Positions 39,084-50,818 of a stretch of 60,000 nucleotides of DNA are shown piece after piece. The translations under genes were made by a program, and so were the position numbers. The number at the start of each line of letters is the position of its first letter. Position 1 is the first letter of the stretch. The notes below the pieces were generated by a model. That model was not told the origin of the DNA. It did no database searches and saw only the letters and a list, made by a program, of their open reading frames with translations. Location of the stretch: contig OZ076409.1 of the NCBI GenBank assembly GCA_964187785.1, positions 30,878,001-30,938,000 on the forward strand, given 5' to 3'. This DNA comes from Amphiscolops sp. MND2022. Lineage: Eukaryota.

Positions 39084-40343
39084 CATCGTTGTAATAATTT
39101 ACATAAATTCATGCCATTCAAACATATTTACAAAGATAAAGATAATATAAAACGTAAAATACAATTGAAACCAGTGCTATCTGTACCTTCACAACACCTG
39201 AACGTAATACAAAATGACCCCAACTTCCGTTGGCTTGGTCGTTGTCTTCTCACAGAACACCCTAATGATGATCAAAAATACACAACCATCCCTCTCTGAG
39301 TTGTCAAGGCGTTCTCTGATAGCGCCAATCAGCCCGTCCTTTTGGATTCTTGAGTGCTGTGTGTTTTGTTTTACGTACCTTTCTATCGTACTCTCACGTT
39401 ACTCTTTTAACCGCTTCACTCTAACAGTCTCTGACTGCTTCACAGTCAGATTCTAACATCAACCTCTTTTCTTCTTTAACACTATATGCTCTGTTATAAT
39501 GATACTGTAACACCTTTGCTTTCTCTCTTTTTCTTTGGTGTCTTCTCCGCAGTTCTGTTCATCATTAATATCTATACAACCACTTCTTTGACATCTTCTG
39601 ATAACTGAGCGATATTTTTCTCACTGATGTTCGGAAGATATTTTGTCCTCTTCTTTCTTCATTGTATATTTTATTGTCTTTTGCTCTTGAGTCATCGCTT
39701 TGTACTTGACTTCTGCCCCCTCCTTCTGCTAACTCTTTTATTCACATCCGCTATCAATGTATTTACCCTTTTTGACGCATTGTACACTTTCCGCTTGTAC
39801 ATTTCTCTTCGTGTTTGTTATACACCGATTATCAAATCATAGTACTAATAGACGTTTCCGTCCCCTGTTATCTCTTCTTTACACTGTTAATCATCGATTA
39901 GGCTCTCTCTAGCCTTATCTGCTGCTCCCGCAGCCCGTCTCCTTGCTCAGCAAATACCATAGCTTGCACTTGGCACGCGTTGCCACGTGCCTACTCGATC
40001 ATAAGTTTTGTTAGCAAACACCGTTACTCTTTCTCTGCTTCACTCCGTCAATATTGACTCAGTGTTTGCTGATTTGCTGGCTTCTTTTAATCAGGCCACA
40101 CCTAAAACTTCTTGCATAACCTTTTCTGCATCGCATGCTTCACATGCTTTTTCTTTTCATTCTTCTTTTCGAGACCCCCCCTTATGTCATATGTATCTTT
40201 CATTTTTTTTCCTTTCGGGCATTTGTGTTGGCTCTTCTTGGTTTCACGGATTTATTGCGCTCTTTTGTTTCATGCCACTTCACCATCTCCGCCCTGAAAT
40301 GGACTACAACCCGGCAGTTCCCCTTTTTCTTAAAAGTAGTGAG

Positions 40344-40706
40344 TGTCATGATATAATCGTGATACAATTACAAAAATTCGATGACAGAATGTATTTAGCC
40401 AATAAAAGTTGTGGACCAATCAGAGGCTGACAACACCGAGATGGATGACGATACAACCAAGTGGTCAAACAGAAGAACAGAAGATAACTTTCTCAATCTT
40501 AAGAACACTCGCTTTAACTGTTGTAAATTATATTTCTCAGTTGTGGCTTATCTTCAATTTCTTTTCAACATTGAAACTAATTTCTTCAATAAAAATTTAT
40601 TCACTCTGAGTAAAGGAAAATAACCCAGGCTAAATCTGAAGTATAAAACGATACAAAATTTTCTTTCTAAAATTCATAGTCCACCGCTCGGACCAACCTC
40701 ATGACA
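40344..40706 (+). repeat. 3' LTR of env-carrying Gypsy element
   Basis: Direct repeat of 17867-18229; preceded by purine-rich AAAAGTAGTGAG; followed by TSD CTATA. Confidence 0.93.
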
Positions 40707-40711
40707 CTATA

Positions 40712-41048
40712 ATATCTCTCCCAGCCTGCCAATCTATGGTACAATATGTGGAAATGATCGAAAATCTGTCGGCTGTTTTACTCGTGAAAAAACGTCATTC
40801 AAAATAATCCGAATTATGCAAAAATGAAAGAATTGAAAATTATTCCGGATGGAAAAGATGTCTCGACACAAAGTGGTATTTCTCCACTGCTGGCACCCTT
40901 ATACAAGTTTGCCCCGATGAGCTCAGCAGATATTGTGAGAGTTTTCTCTTCCATGGCAGATGTTATATCCCCAAAGAGACGAACTTTGAATGTTGAGCAT
41001 TTAGAATTTCATGTTATTTTATACTGGAATACGTTTGAAAAGAAATAA
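40712..41048 (+). pseudogene. hAT transposase 3' part (dimerization-domain-like C-terminus)
   Basis: LYKFAPMSSADIVRVFSS...SPKRRTLNVEHL resembles the hAT APxTSxDVERxFS...RR...E.L motif and continues the reading cut at 17866. Confidence 0.75.
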
Positions 41049-41689
41049 ATTTTGTTGAAAATATTTAGTTTTTACTAACTTTTTTGAGCACTTTAAGCTG
41101 CTTTTTTACGCACTTTAGTGCGCTCTTTTTGAGTGTTTTTGGCGCACCAAAATCCGGGCTCTGTGTCACACCAAACTCATTGCTTTCTCATCTTCATAAT
41201 TATCAACCAAAGTGCCAATACAATCACAAAACTGAAAACAAGGTAGCGATATTCAACTTTTGGCCTTTTTTGCTGCATTATGGGTAATTGGAAATCACAT
41301 TAAAAAGTGGGTACTGCTGTAACAAAAGAGTTACGGATTAACTAAGGCTTGTCGGAAAACAATTTGTGTGGATGTAATTTGTCGTTAACTCCGCTGAAAG
41401 TTCTGAGGTATGCAATGTATCGTTAAAACAATACAAAAGGTCGAATGTGGCTCTATTGCCGGTTCTTCTGCATTTGGCCTATAAAATGGTTCCAAGTTGG
41501 CCATACTCTGAATCATATATGATTCCAGATTGATCATGGTAAGATGATAGAAAAAAATTGTATGACTTGTATGGTACCATGTGTTATCAGAGTATGATCA
41601 ACATGGTCGGGAAACCTGGGAATCCTAGATTGAATTAAATAAACAATGCTAGCATAAAGGAAGTATTGGAATTGAAATTGCGTTAATAG

Positions 41690-41902
41690 GATGATGAGAT
41701 GCTGAAGAAACGCAAGAGGCCCTTGGGAGATGCTCAACATTATTGTCCCGTTGAGTTGAAGGAGCACTCGGTGTTGTTCCCCGGAAATTCAGAAATTGCG
41801 GCCAAGTACAGAGAGAAGACGTACTACTTCTCCACTCCAGATGCAAGAGACAAATTCATGAGGTCACCAGATAGCTATGTCGCCGTCGAGAAACCCCTCA
41901 AC
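41690..41902 (+). CDS. AK9: Adenylate kinase 9-like, exon (YHS-like domain)
   Basis: AG|DDEMLKKRKRPLGDAQHYCPVELKE...AAKYREKTYYFSTPDARDKF...KPLN|GT; 213 nt, phase 0/0. Confidence 0.85.
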
Positions 41903-41974
41903 GTGCGTTTACCCTCTTATTTTTCTTATTTCCTGAGTATTTTCACATTGAAGATGAATTAGCTTCTCATTTAG

Positions 41975-42125
41975 GTTCCTGCAATGCGTTTGTTCATGCT
42001 CGGAGCAAAAGGAGCTGGAAAAACTACTCATGCCAGAGAATTAGCCAGCAAATTGGGAATCTTCCACATTTCTTTCTTGGATAGACTGCAAGAAATGATT
42101 ATTGCCAAAACCAAAAAGAAAGTCT
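41975..42125 (+). CDS. AK9: Adenylate kinase 9-like, exon (P-loop)
   Basis: TTAG|VPAMRLFMLGAKGAGKTTHARELASKLGIFHISFLDRLQEMIIAKTKKKV|GTAAG; Walker A GxxGxGKT. Confidence 0.88.
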
Positions 42126-42363
42126 GTAAGTGTTGTTTAGTTTACAAGAGCATCACCAAATGAAATTATGTGTGTTATATTCCCTTCAGTATTCTTGGAC
42201 TATTCAGTTTTTGAATATGATTTATTGCCTGGGAATTTCTATAAAGTACAGGTAACAAATTGCATACAACAAAGAATATCCATTGCCTGAAGTTGGCCAA
42301 GATTCGATTCAGATGTTCGTCATTAATTTGTTTCTGCATTCTGTGAATGCTTCAATGTTACAG

Positions 42364-42506
42364 TACGGACAGGAGAAGAAGATGAAGGCGCGGAAGAAGC
42401 GGACGAAGAAGTGGACGAGGGACTGGACACGGAGACAGTAGGTGGCAAAGGTGGGGAGATCACCGAGGCCACTGATGAGACCACAGGCACAGACGAGGAA
42501 AAGGAA
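42364..42506 (+). CDS. AK9: Adenylate kinase 9-like, acidic linker exon
   Basis: TTACAG|...RTGEEDEGAEEADEEVDEG...DEEKE|GTGAGT; phase 1/0 fits both neighbours. Confidence 0.75.
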
Positions 42507-42859
42507 GTGAGTATTATTGCCTACCATCGCTCATACATAGTACATACATTCCTTTCGTGGACACAAATTGCCGTATTCTAAGTCAAATTTACAAACATTG
42601 TTGGGGCGAAAAGTGTGGGTTGCTAAATTAATTGTTTTCTGGACTTCAACAATGAGACGTTGTCTAAAAAACGTTTAAAAAGTTAGGAATTGATTTTAAC
42701 ACTAAACACCAAAGATAATGATAAAATGTAAGGGGACATTTTTCCATTTCTTTCTTTCTTTAAAACTATCAGATGCGTTAGTAAAGTAAGTTTATGTACT
42801 TTCGAGTCGGGCGGTGATTGCCAATAAACCATTGAATGAGTACTTTGGTAAAAGAATTA

Positions 42860-45800
42860 GGCATGGGTCCTACGTCTTAGAGTGGGGGTTGGGTTCCTGC
42901 TGCGCACAGAACATTTTAAGAATAATTTCTTTCGAAGATAAATTGCTGAGAGATAAGTTGCCTTAAGAGAAACTGTTGGCAGGTAGTTCCTGATCAAGCG
43001 GATCAAACCATAGTTTGCCTGCAATTTGTTGGGCATACTTCTATATTCTGTAAGTGATTTGTTTGGTGCCAACTCGTCCAATTGGTCGAAGAAATGGCAA
43101 AAATTGGACCTGAGGAATCGGGAATTCTTGGAATTGATCTTGCAAATTCGCCAACGAAGAATCCACACAGGAGTTTTAAGAATGCATATAATTTCAAGTA
43201 TCTACACAAGACGGTTGAAGAATCCACGCAGTTTTGAGAATCGAGAGAAACAAGTGAAATCTTGCTTTTAGCAATTCGTCACATGTTACGTAGGTATTAG
43301 TGCAAGAATCCAGGAAAGTATTTCACTCCATTTTCTTAAATCGTGAAAACACGTGTTGTACAGTTGAAGAATCCACACAAGACTACAACAGATTTGTTGC
43401 GGTCACTGTTTTTCCTCGATTGGCGTCGTGTTGGGCGGCACCTTGATGTGTGCTCTCTTTGACGAGCCAAAATGGTCGGGTGTGAGGGCACCTGTATTGC
43501 TGATGTCATTGTAGACCTTAGTTATTGGTCGGTTATTCAGGAACGCTTCAATCTTCCCGGGCGGTGGCGAAGGTGTCATCGCCTAGCGTCTGAGATTCAA
43601 TGACCGAATTAAGGGCGTCTTTGCAGGAACGTATATGGCGCCCACATGTTCCACGTTCCACCGAATTGAGGAACGTGTGGAATAAAATTCCATTTGATTT
43701 CGTTGTTTGCTAGGAAATCTTGAAGATGTGAACGCTTGAAGATGAGTTGTAAACCATTGGCCGCGACTGATGAGTTCTGATGTTTACAGGGTGGGCAGAA
43801 ATTGAAGGCTTTGGTAGAATCCTCCTTTTATAAGTTCTTGGAACATCCTGCCATCTGATGGAAGGGCACTGGGAGTTGTCGTGTGAAGTCTTTCTGAAGG
43901 TAGCATCAACTACGTCCCATGCCCAAAGCGACGTATACGCTGACAAACTTGTTGAATTTGAAGGTAACGGGTACTGTGATGAGAACGGAGTTTACGTTCG
44001 TATGAGACAGTAGTGGTGTGGCCTGAGATGCTCCAAAGCTGGTCTGGTGTGGGCGTTGCTGTGATGTGAACTGGGTCTCCCAAACTGATAGCGATATTCG
44101 TCTCATTGGCTGGATGTTATAGTTGTGTAAAACAAAGTTATGCTTGAGGGTGACATTTCTCAAGATTTGCCAAATTCGTTGCTTTGAAGGGCAATCGTGG
44201 ACAAAGTGAGATCCTAGACTATTCAAGCACAAGTTGTGCTCTTGGACGAGTTTCCGTTTGGCTTGCAAGAGAGACTCGATGAACATGCTGCAATAAGATG
44301 GATGGCGTATTTGCTGGTCCAAAAGAAGTCTGCCATAGTCGATTTTGATTTGATGTTGCTGTGTTCGGTCGTCTGTTTTTAGTCGGTGGTTTTGAAGAAA
44401 ATGCACGACCCTTACGGTAGCTCATTTTGTTTTCGTCAATTCAACGCGATCGGTCCGCTTCTTTGTTCGTTTGGTCTACTTCTTACAGAGCCGAGGTTGA
44501 CCCGGATGTTAGTTCGAATATAATTTTTCAAAGTTCACATGTAACGTTTCGAATTCGGATAAAACGTTTTCAAAGTTCGGATATAACGTTTTCAAAGTTC
44601 AGATGCTGTTTTTTTTAAACGCGTACGGTCCACTTTTTTTGTTTATTTGTTCAACATCATCAACACGAAATACGGACGTCCAAACCATACTTGGAACGCC
44701 AGAACCTCGTCCAAAACAAAAACATCGATGTCCAGAACATGGAAAACATAGGATCTCCTCTTTGTTGTTTTTTACTATGATTTTTCTGGCACTTTGCGAT
44801 TTTTGAATTGTTTTGGATTCCAGCAAAGGGTCTCCCTTTCGTTTGTTTCGATATTTTGCAACACAATAGATGTCAAAAAATCCCAAAAGCTCTCCCTTTC
44901 ACATTTTTCGTTACTGCGACACTGTTCAAAATACTCATTTTAATTTTATTGTTGCGGAATTTGTTTAAAATCTCTCAACGGTCCCCCTTCATTTTTTTTC
45001 ATATATTGCAACCAACTGGAGTTTCACAAAACCCAAAGGGTCCCCCTTTCACAATTTTGAGCCTCAGACATAGCGCCGAATTTGGCCGTTCCCGGCTTGT
45101 TTCCTTTGCATGAAAGTTTTCATTGCTGTGTTGCTTTACGGCTGTTTGTTGGAATGTCTGTGATCATTTTGTCGCACACATGGGCCAACTCACGTAACCA
45201 GGTGTTAAAATTGATAAGGCTATGTGATGTGATTCTCTTTGACGTTTTCTGTTTTTCTTTGTGTTGCAGTTTGTCCAATGCGAACTGAACAAAGACTGTC
45301 GATTGAAAGACATTCTGAATTCCTAAAAACGGAACGTTTCCACTAAATTGTTCAAAAAGGTTTGGACTTCCATGAGAGAGGCTTTGTGATGTGTCGAGGG
45401 TGGTCTTTGTGTCTAGTTGGGCAAGGAAGATGCTAATGATGATGTTTGGTCGTCCAAATGGTCGCTTCAGTTCTTCCATGGCAGACTTGTGCTTATCCGG
45501 ATTGCAAGGAAACTCAGAGATTGCTTCATTGGCTTTCCCTGTTGTCAGGGTTTGCAAGTGCGTCACTCTGTCGGGTGCTGAAAGTGGCTGCTTGTCAATC
45601 AACGTGGAATAGAGTCCATGCCATGTGTTCCATGGAGCTCTGATCGGTTAATTGGTCTCCCAGTGAGTCAGAAAGATGTGGCAATGCATCTGTTGAAGGT
45701 TGATTGTCGTGACGTGTAGGTCGTTTACGGCTAGATGGTAGTTGTCTCTGTGAAGGTTCTACTTGATTAGTGAGTTGATTCATTTCTTTCAGCATATGTT

Positions 45801-46120
45801 GGAACTTCCTGACTGTGCCATCGATTTGGTTTCGTGAATTAGTGAAACGTATGATATAAAATCTTCAGTGATGTCTTCTGGCGAGCTATAAAAAAGATGA
45901 GTTGTCATCTGATCAGCTTCCACGAAATGATCATTCAAACTGCGTTGTGCCTGGTTTAGGTCAAAACTTTGGTTTTTTTCTTCGATTGCAGTCTGCTGAA
46001 CAAAGACTGATTCGTTCAAACGCCGACGTTTAGCAAAAACAACGTTTCTTTGACTGTTGGAGGGCTTTCGGCGTTGGCCTGGCACCACTGAATAACCTAA
46101 ACTGAGACAAGAGTGCAGCA
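42860..46120 (-). mobile_element. Degenerate BEL/Pao LTR retrotransposon remnant (boundaries uncertain)
   Basis: DUF1759-like gag (HLQTLTTGKANEAI...AMEELKRPFGRP, 45120-45602); decayed multi-knuckle region (KRKLVQEHNLCLNSLGSHFVHDCPSK...KHNFVLH); pol-like remnants near 43000-43300. Confidence 0.7.
44376..45101 (+). mobile_element. Helentron-like non-autonomous element inside the BEL/Pao remnant
   Basis: TTTTTAGTCGGTGGTTTTGAAGAAAATGCACGAC start; GCGCCGAATTTGGCCGTTCCCGGCTTGTT end. Confidence 0.75.
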
Positions 46121-46853
46121 CAGAAAATAAGGGTGCAAACTAAGCAAATTATGAAAATTGTAAACAACAAAGCAAGAAATTTATAACTGAAATTTTAAAA
46201 CTGAAACAAATAGGAACTCATTTTATACTAGTATAAAGTGTCAAAACTAGCCACACTAGAAAACGGAAGCTCAAAGATCTAATAACCTAGTTTTAGATTA
46301 GTGTGAAATTGAGGAACTATATATGCCAGAAAATCTAGGAACAGTGGGATAAGTAAGCTGCCGTTAGGTTACGGTAATGTTTAGAAACCATATACGTTAG
46401 AATACTTAGGATCCTAAATGGGAAAATTAAGAAAGAGCATTCAAAGTGTTTTCAATTTTGTTGAGCAAGGTAAAATACGGGGCATGTTTGTCTTTTTGTT
46501 CGACAGGGTGTAGATTCAGTTGCCGTCGAAGTTGGGCGCCATGATGAAATATAATAGAACCTAATTCATTTCTTTCTTTAAGTTTATCAGATTCGTCATT
46601 TAAAAGTTTTATGGAATCCACTTTTGTGTCTCTTCTGGAGTTTTTGTTAAAGTCAACTTTCAGCGGTGATTGTCATTGAACCAATGAATCAGTCATTTTT
46701 GCTGAAAGTCCCAGTGAAAAAGTGCAGCGAGTCATAGACTTCTCCATTACAGATACCGATGCCTTGAAAACTACTTACTTCCGTTTAAAAAATGATACCA
46801 TTTGTGGCACGTTTCATCTTTCAGTTTTTATTTGGTCTCCATTGAAAATGTAG

Positions 46854-46975
46854 ATTGCCGATGACTTGACAGAAGAGGAGGAATCCATCAGGGCATATCT
46901 CGCGGATGATGATCCACTGCCGCCTGAAATTTTGGAGACAATCGTAAACCAGTGGTGGCACCGAGAACCCTTCAA
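46854..46975 (+). CDS. AK9: Adenylate kinase 9-like, exon
   Basis: TAG|IADDLTEEEESIRAYLADDDPLPPEILETIVNQWWHREPF(K)|GTGAG; phase 0/2. Confidence 0.85.
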
Positions 46976-47298
46976 GTGAGCACGGAATTTTCATGTTCCA
47001 CTTACTAATACAAAATTGCTTAATTTTTTATATTGATGACATTTGAAGAACATATCTGTGTTGTATGATATTTACACTGCTAAAAGACCTCAGCTCCGGA
47101 ATCAAGGGATTATGCCACATAGTTACTTGAATTGTTTCGAACGGGCTACTTGGTGTCATTAAAAAAGGACTCAAGTTTCAAAATAGTTTTTTAGAACGAT
47201 TTCAAAACCGAATGTTTTGTTTCCTTTTTCTCTAATGTCGTGCGGTTACGAACCTCAAATATGCGATGTTTTCGAAATTGAGTTTGTATTTGCCCAAG

Positions 47299-47518
47299 AT
47301 CCACAGGCTTTATTCTGGAGGGGTTTCCCCGATTGCAAGACGAAGTAGCTTTTCTGCAACAGTCTGGCCTTTATCCGGACTGTTCACTAATTCTTACCAC
47401 GGAAGACTCCGATGTCGTCGACAGACTTTTACCACCCAAAATGAATAAGTGGAAGATAAGAAGAGATAAACGAATGGCCAAGAAGCAGAAACAACTAGAA
47501 AAGAAACAAAAAGAACGG
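47299..47518 (+). CDS. AK9: Adenylate kinase 9-like, exon (GFxLxGFPR motif)
   Basis: AAG|STGFILEGFPRLQDEVAFL...VVDRLLPPKMNKWK...KER|GTTAG; phase 2/0; adenylate kinase signature. Confidence 0.88.
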
Positions 47519-48209
47519 GTTAGATTATTGATCGCTTGTCTTTTATTAACAATCTTGGAATTGCTATGTAACATTCTTCCAAAATTTTTTTACTGAAACA
47601 TGACTGATTGGAAGCATAACGAAGTTCAAAGGTTGGGATTTGGTTTGGAAACCTCTCGATGAACTACTAATTTTGTTTGCTTTACTTCACACCTTTGTTT
47701 GAGAACTAGAGATTTCATGTCCCAACTTGTAGTCGGTTGTCGAAAACATGTCACCTTAGCACAAAAATTTTATATTTTGTGAAGGTTCTATCTGTGTTTT
47801 GTCTTGAGTAGTTGAATAATAGAGTTTAAGGAAGTGAATTGTAAAATTTTGAATCAAATTTAGTAAAACAAGAGAATAGCAGTGATGCATATATCGGAAA
47901 TTGTTTTGAATTTGTTGTCCGCTTGAGCAATTGTTTTTCGAGTTTTGATTGCACCTGATCTGGTGCTGGCTTGCCATTGGCTGGTTGATGCCATTGATCT
48001 CTATCACGTCTATATGGACATGTCGTCGAATTTTTGTATCATGGTGCAGATTATGACACAATATTATGGATGAATTCTTCAAAAAGTGGCGAGCCTCTCA
48101 ACGTTGAAAACTAGAAACCTTTTTCAGACGTTTAGTAAGTCTATACTTGGCAACATTTCCACGACATTTGCTTGAATAGAATAACATCTGAAAGTTTTTT
48201 GTGCTACAG

Positions 48210-48278
48210 GAAGAAGCCATGAAGAGAAGAAGGGATGAACTGATAGCTGAACGTGAGGCGAGGAGAGAAGAACGCAGA
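48210..48278 (+). CDS. AK9: Adenylate kinase 9-like, exon (charged coil)
   Basis: TACAG|EEAMKRRRDELIAEREARREERR|GTGAGT; 69 nt. Confidence 0.8.
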
Positions 48279-48769
48279 GTGAGTTTCTTTTATGGGTACT
48301 TGCACAGATTTGTAGGAAAATATAATGTTGATTTCATTAACTTCTTGCAACTACTGTCATTCAACTTCAACTGCGGAACATGCTAATAACTCTAACAGTT
48401 GCTGCATTTACTATGTCTATAAGTATCATGGATACCCAGCGTATACCATTTTGCATTTGGAAATGTACATTAGGTTCTCGCTCTTCCCATATTTCACTGA
48501 CTAATGCTTAGGAGCGCTTGCAGCATCATTCGAAACAAACTTTCACTTCGTTCTTGCTCCCAATCATTCACAATACATTACTGATTTAAAGTTCTAAAAA
48601 ACAACATCGTGAAGTTCCGTAATTCGAGCTGATCTATCAAATTCAGATATGATCAAAAGTTTAATCGGTTTTTCGATTGAGCGAGCGATCGATCGGAATC
48701 GAATCTGTCCAACTAATAATTGATCAAAAAGGTTCAAATATTCTACGAATAATTGGAGTTCTTTTTAAC

Positions 48770-49444
48770 GGTGTGCGTTCATTTCACCCCAAAATCATTT
48801 CACCCCAAAATCATTTCACCTCATATCACTTCACCCCATATCATTTCACCCCACATTCATCTCACCCCACGTTCATTTCACCCCACATTGATTTCACCCC
48901 ACATTCATTTCACCCCACAATCATTTCACCCCACGTTCACTTCACACCATATTGTAATTATACAAAAGCGTCTGGCCTTAATTAACCAATTACCAATTAA
49001 ACTTTGATGCCTACTGTCTTTGAGTCAGCTTTGATTTGATTTTTTTGCCGTAGAAACACCGAATAAAAAATTTTTCGCTGAAGATTCGCAACATCCACAA
49101 TTGTAAATTTTGATTGACAGAAGAAAAACGTTTTTTTTCAGCGCCTTTTTCAGAAGTATTACAATTCCAATAAATGAAACTATTCAGTTTCGAATTTGTC
49201 GTTCACATACAAAGCATCGTTTGCTTATCTAATTGGTAATTAGATTCAAAACGTTTTTCTATTAGCGCTAAGATTGAAATTGGGTGGCTTTAGTAATTAA
49301 TCTGAGACGCATTTGATAATTTAAATGTGGGGTGAAATGAGCGTGGGGTGAAATGAATTTGGGGTGAAATGAACCTGGGGTGAAATGAACCTGGGGTGAA
49401 ATGAATGTGGGGTGAAATGACATGGGGTGAAATGATACTAAACC
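48770..49444. mobile_element. Mutator-like foldback MITE with arms of ~16-bp tandem subrepeats
   Basis: TCATTTCACCCC repeats at 48779-48950 mirrored by GGGGTGAAATGA repeats at 49329-49434; GG...CC ends; 9-bp TSD CTTTTTAAC/CATTTTAAC. Confidence 0.75.
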
Positions 49445-50522
49445 CATTTTAACAAGTATTTCCAAAATTATTTCTTGCGTACACCCAATAATTTAGTTTG
49501 CATAGCAGTAGTAAAAGAAGAGGGGTTTATGAATGTTTTTAGCTCTCGAGCAAATCTAGAATAGATTCACTATGCACGTTTTGGGCTCCCAAGTCGAAAA
49601 CTTTCAATAAATTTTCCAACACTATGCGAGTTTTTGCGTTACATCCGAACTATATTAAGTTTCACTAAAGCGGGAAAAAATGAGGCGGACGTTCGAAAAC
49701 AAGCGAACCAATTCCTTTCAGCACGAAATCTGTAGGTGTTTTGACACTTCTATGTGAGTTTTTTATTTTAAAAAATCCTGAGCACATTTGAAAAACTTTC
49801 CGCTTTCTGAGCTCTAAGTGGAGCGCCTACTTGAGGCGTTCCCGTCTTGTTTTACTTAGCCCTTGAGGAGCACTTTTTGAAGGGGTTCTACATGACAGTA
49901 TTTCAAAAGAGATAAAAGAGTTGAAATCACATGTAATTTGATAAAGAATTCTTGAGTGTTCCTTTTGCAATGACTTTGGACATGGTCACAAGTCAGTGGT
50001 TTCCGTAGAGTTTTTCTGCTTCAAATAGAAACCATACCGAATAAAGCCCAGATTTGGTCATAAAGTTTGACCTTAGTATATACCTCTGAATATACTGAAA
50101 CCATGATTATGATCGAGTCGAAGTATTCATTGAAAACGCCTTTCCGGGACCATTCATTTTCTTCCTCGAGTGTCATCGGCATTCAAAAACTTTCAAGGCA
50201 TCACATTACAAGTTCGGGAATCCTTAGTTTAACCCTAAATGGACCAGGAAGTTTCCGGATCCATCCCAAAATCTGGTTCTTCAACTTTAAACTTCAACTT
50301 CTTCAATATCTCCTGAACTAATCAAGTCCGACAAGCGATTTATAGCGCGTTCGAAAAAAGACAATCAGGGCTTTCAAATTAATTTTCGAACTGCTTCGCC
50401 GCACTGACTCCGGACTTTGCGCCAAAACTTTGCACGCCTCGTGCTTCTGACTATACTTCAGCGTGTTTGAAAGCATGCTAGAGCCACTTTGGCCCAATCC
50501 TAATATATTATACCAATGGGAT

Positions 50523-50769
50523 TGTTATACGGTACACATACCAGACTGATATTTCGGTGACGTTGTCAATCAAAAACCCAAACCTTTTATAGAACTATCT
50601 AGATTATGTTTGTACATGTTGGTAAACATACCGTCCTAGTCACTTCTTGAGACTACATCATTTAGTACAAAACTTTAGATAGAGAAAAGACTGTTTTGTG
50701 ATACTCTTATTTTCAAGAGAGATTTTAGATAAAACCTTTGTTTTCTTATTCGAACCAAGAAATAGAACA
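50523..50769 (+). repeat. 5' LTR
   Basis: TGTT...AACA; direct repeat of 56629-56875. Confidence 0.95.
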
Positions 50770-50781
50770 TGGCGCAGTCAG
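50770..50781 (+). promoter_or_regulatory. Primer-binding site (tRNA-Ser-like)
   Basis: TGGCGCAGTCAG directly after the 5' LTR. Confidence 0.65.
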
Positions 50782-50818
50782 CTATTTGAATTACCCATAT
50801 ACACTTACAACAAAGAAA

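Larger units (their letters stand above)
17867..40706 (+). mobile_element. Envelope-carrying Ty3/Gypsy LTR retroelement (errantivirus-like), 22.8 kb, degenerate
   Basis: Two 363-bp LTRs bounded by TGTCATGA...TCATGACA; perfect 5-bp TSD CTATA (17862-17866, 40707-40711); internal order gag-PR-RT-RNaseH-IN, then env. Confidence 0.93.
16509..41163 (+). mobile_element. hAT-superfamily DNA transposon (~1.8 kb) interrupted by a 22.8-kb LTR element
   Basis: Left end CGGAGTCCGGATT (CAGAGTCCGGATTTTGG in the 9539 copy), right end CCAAAATCCGGGCTCTG. 8-bp TSD TCTCACAC (16501-16508) / TGTCACAC (41164-41171). Transposase halves lie on both sides of the insertion. Confidence 0.85.

Noticed and set aside
48677..49007. 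His/Pro/Phe repeat protein
   Set aside because: It is the translation of MITE 16-bp subrepeats.
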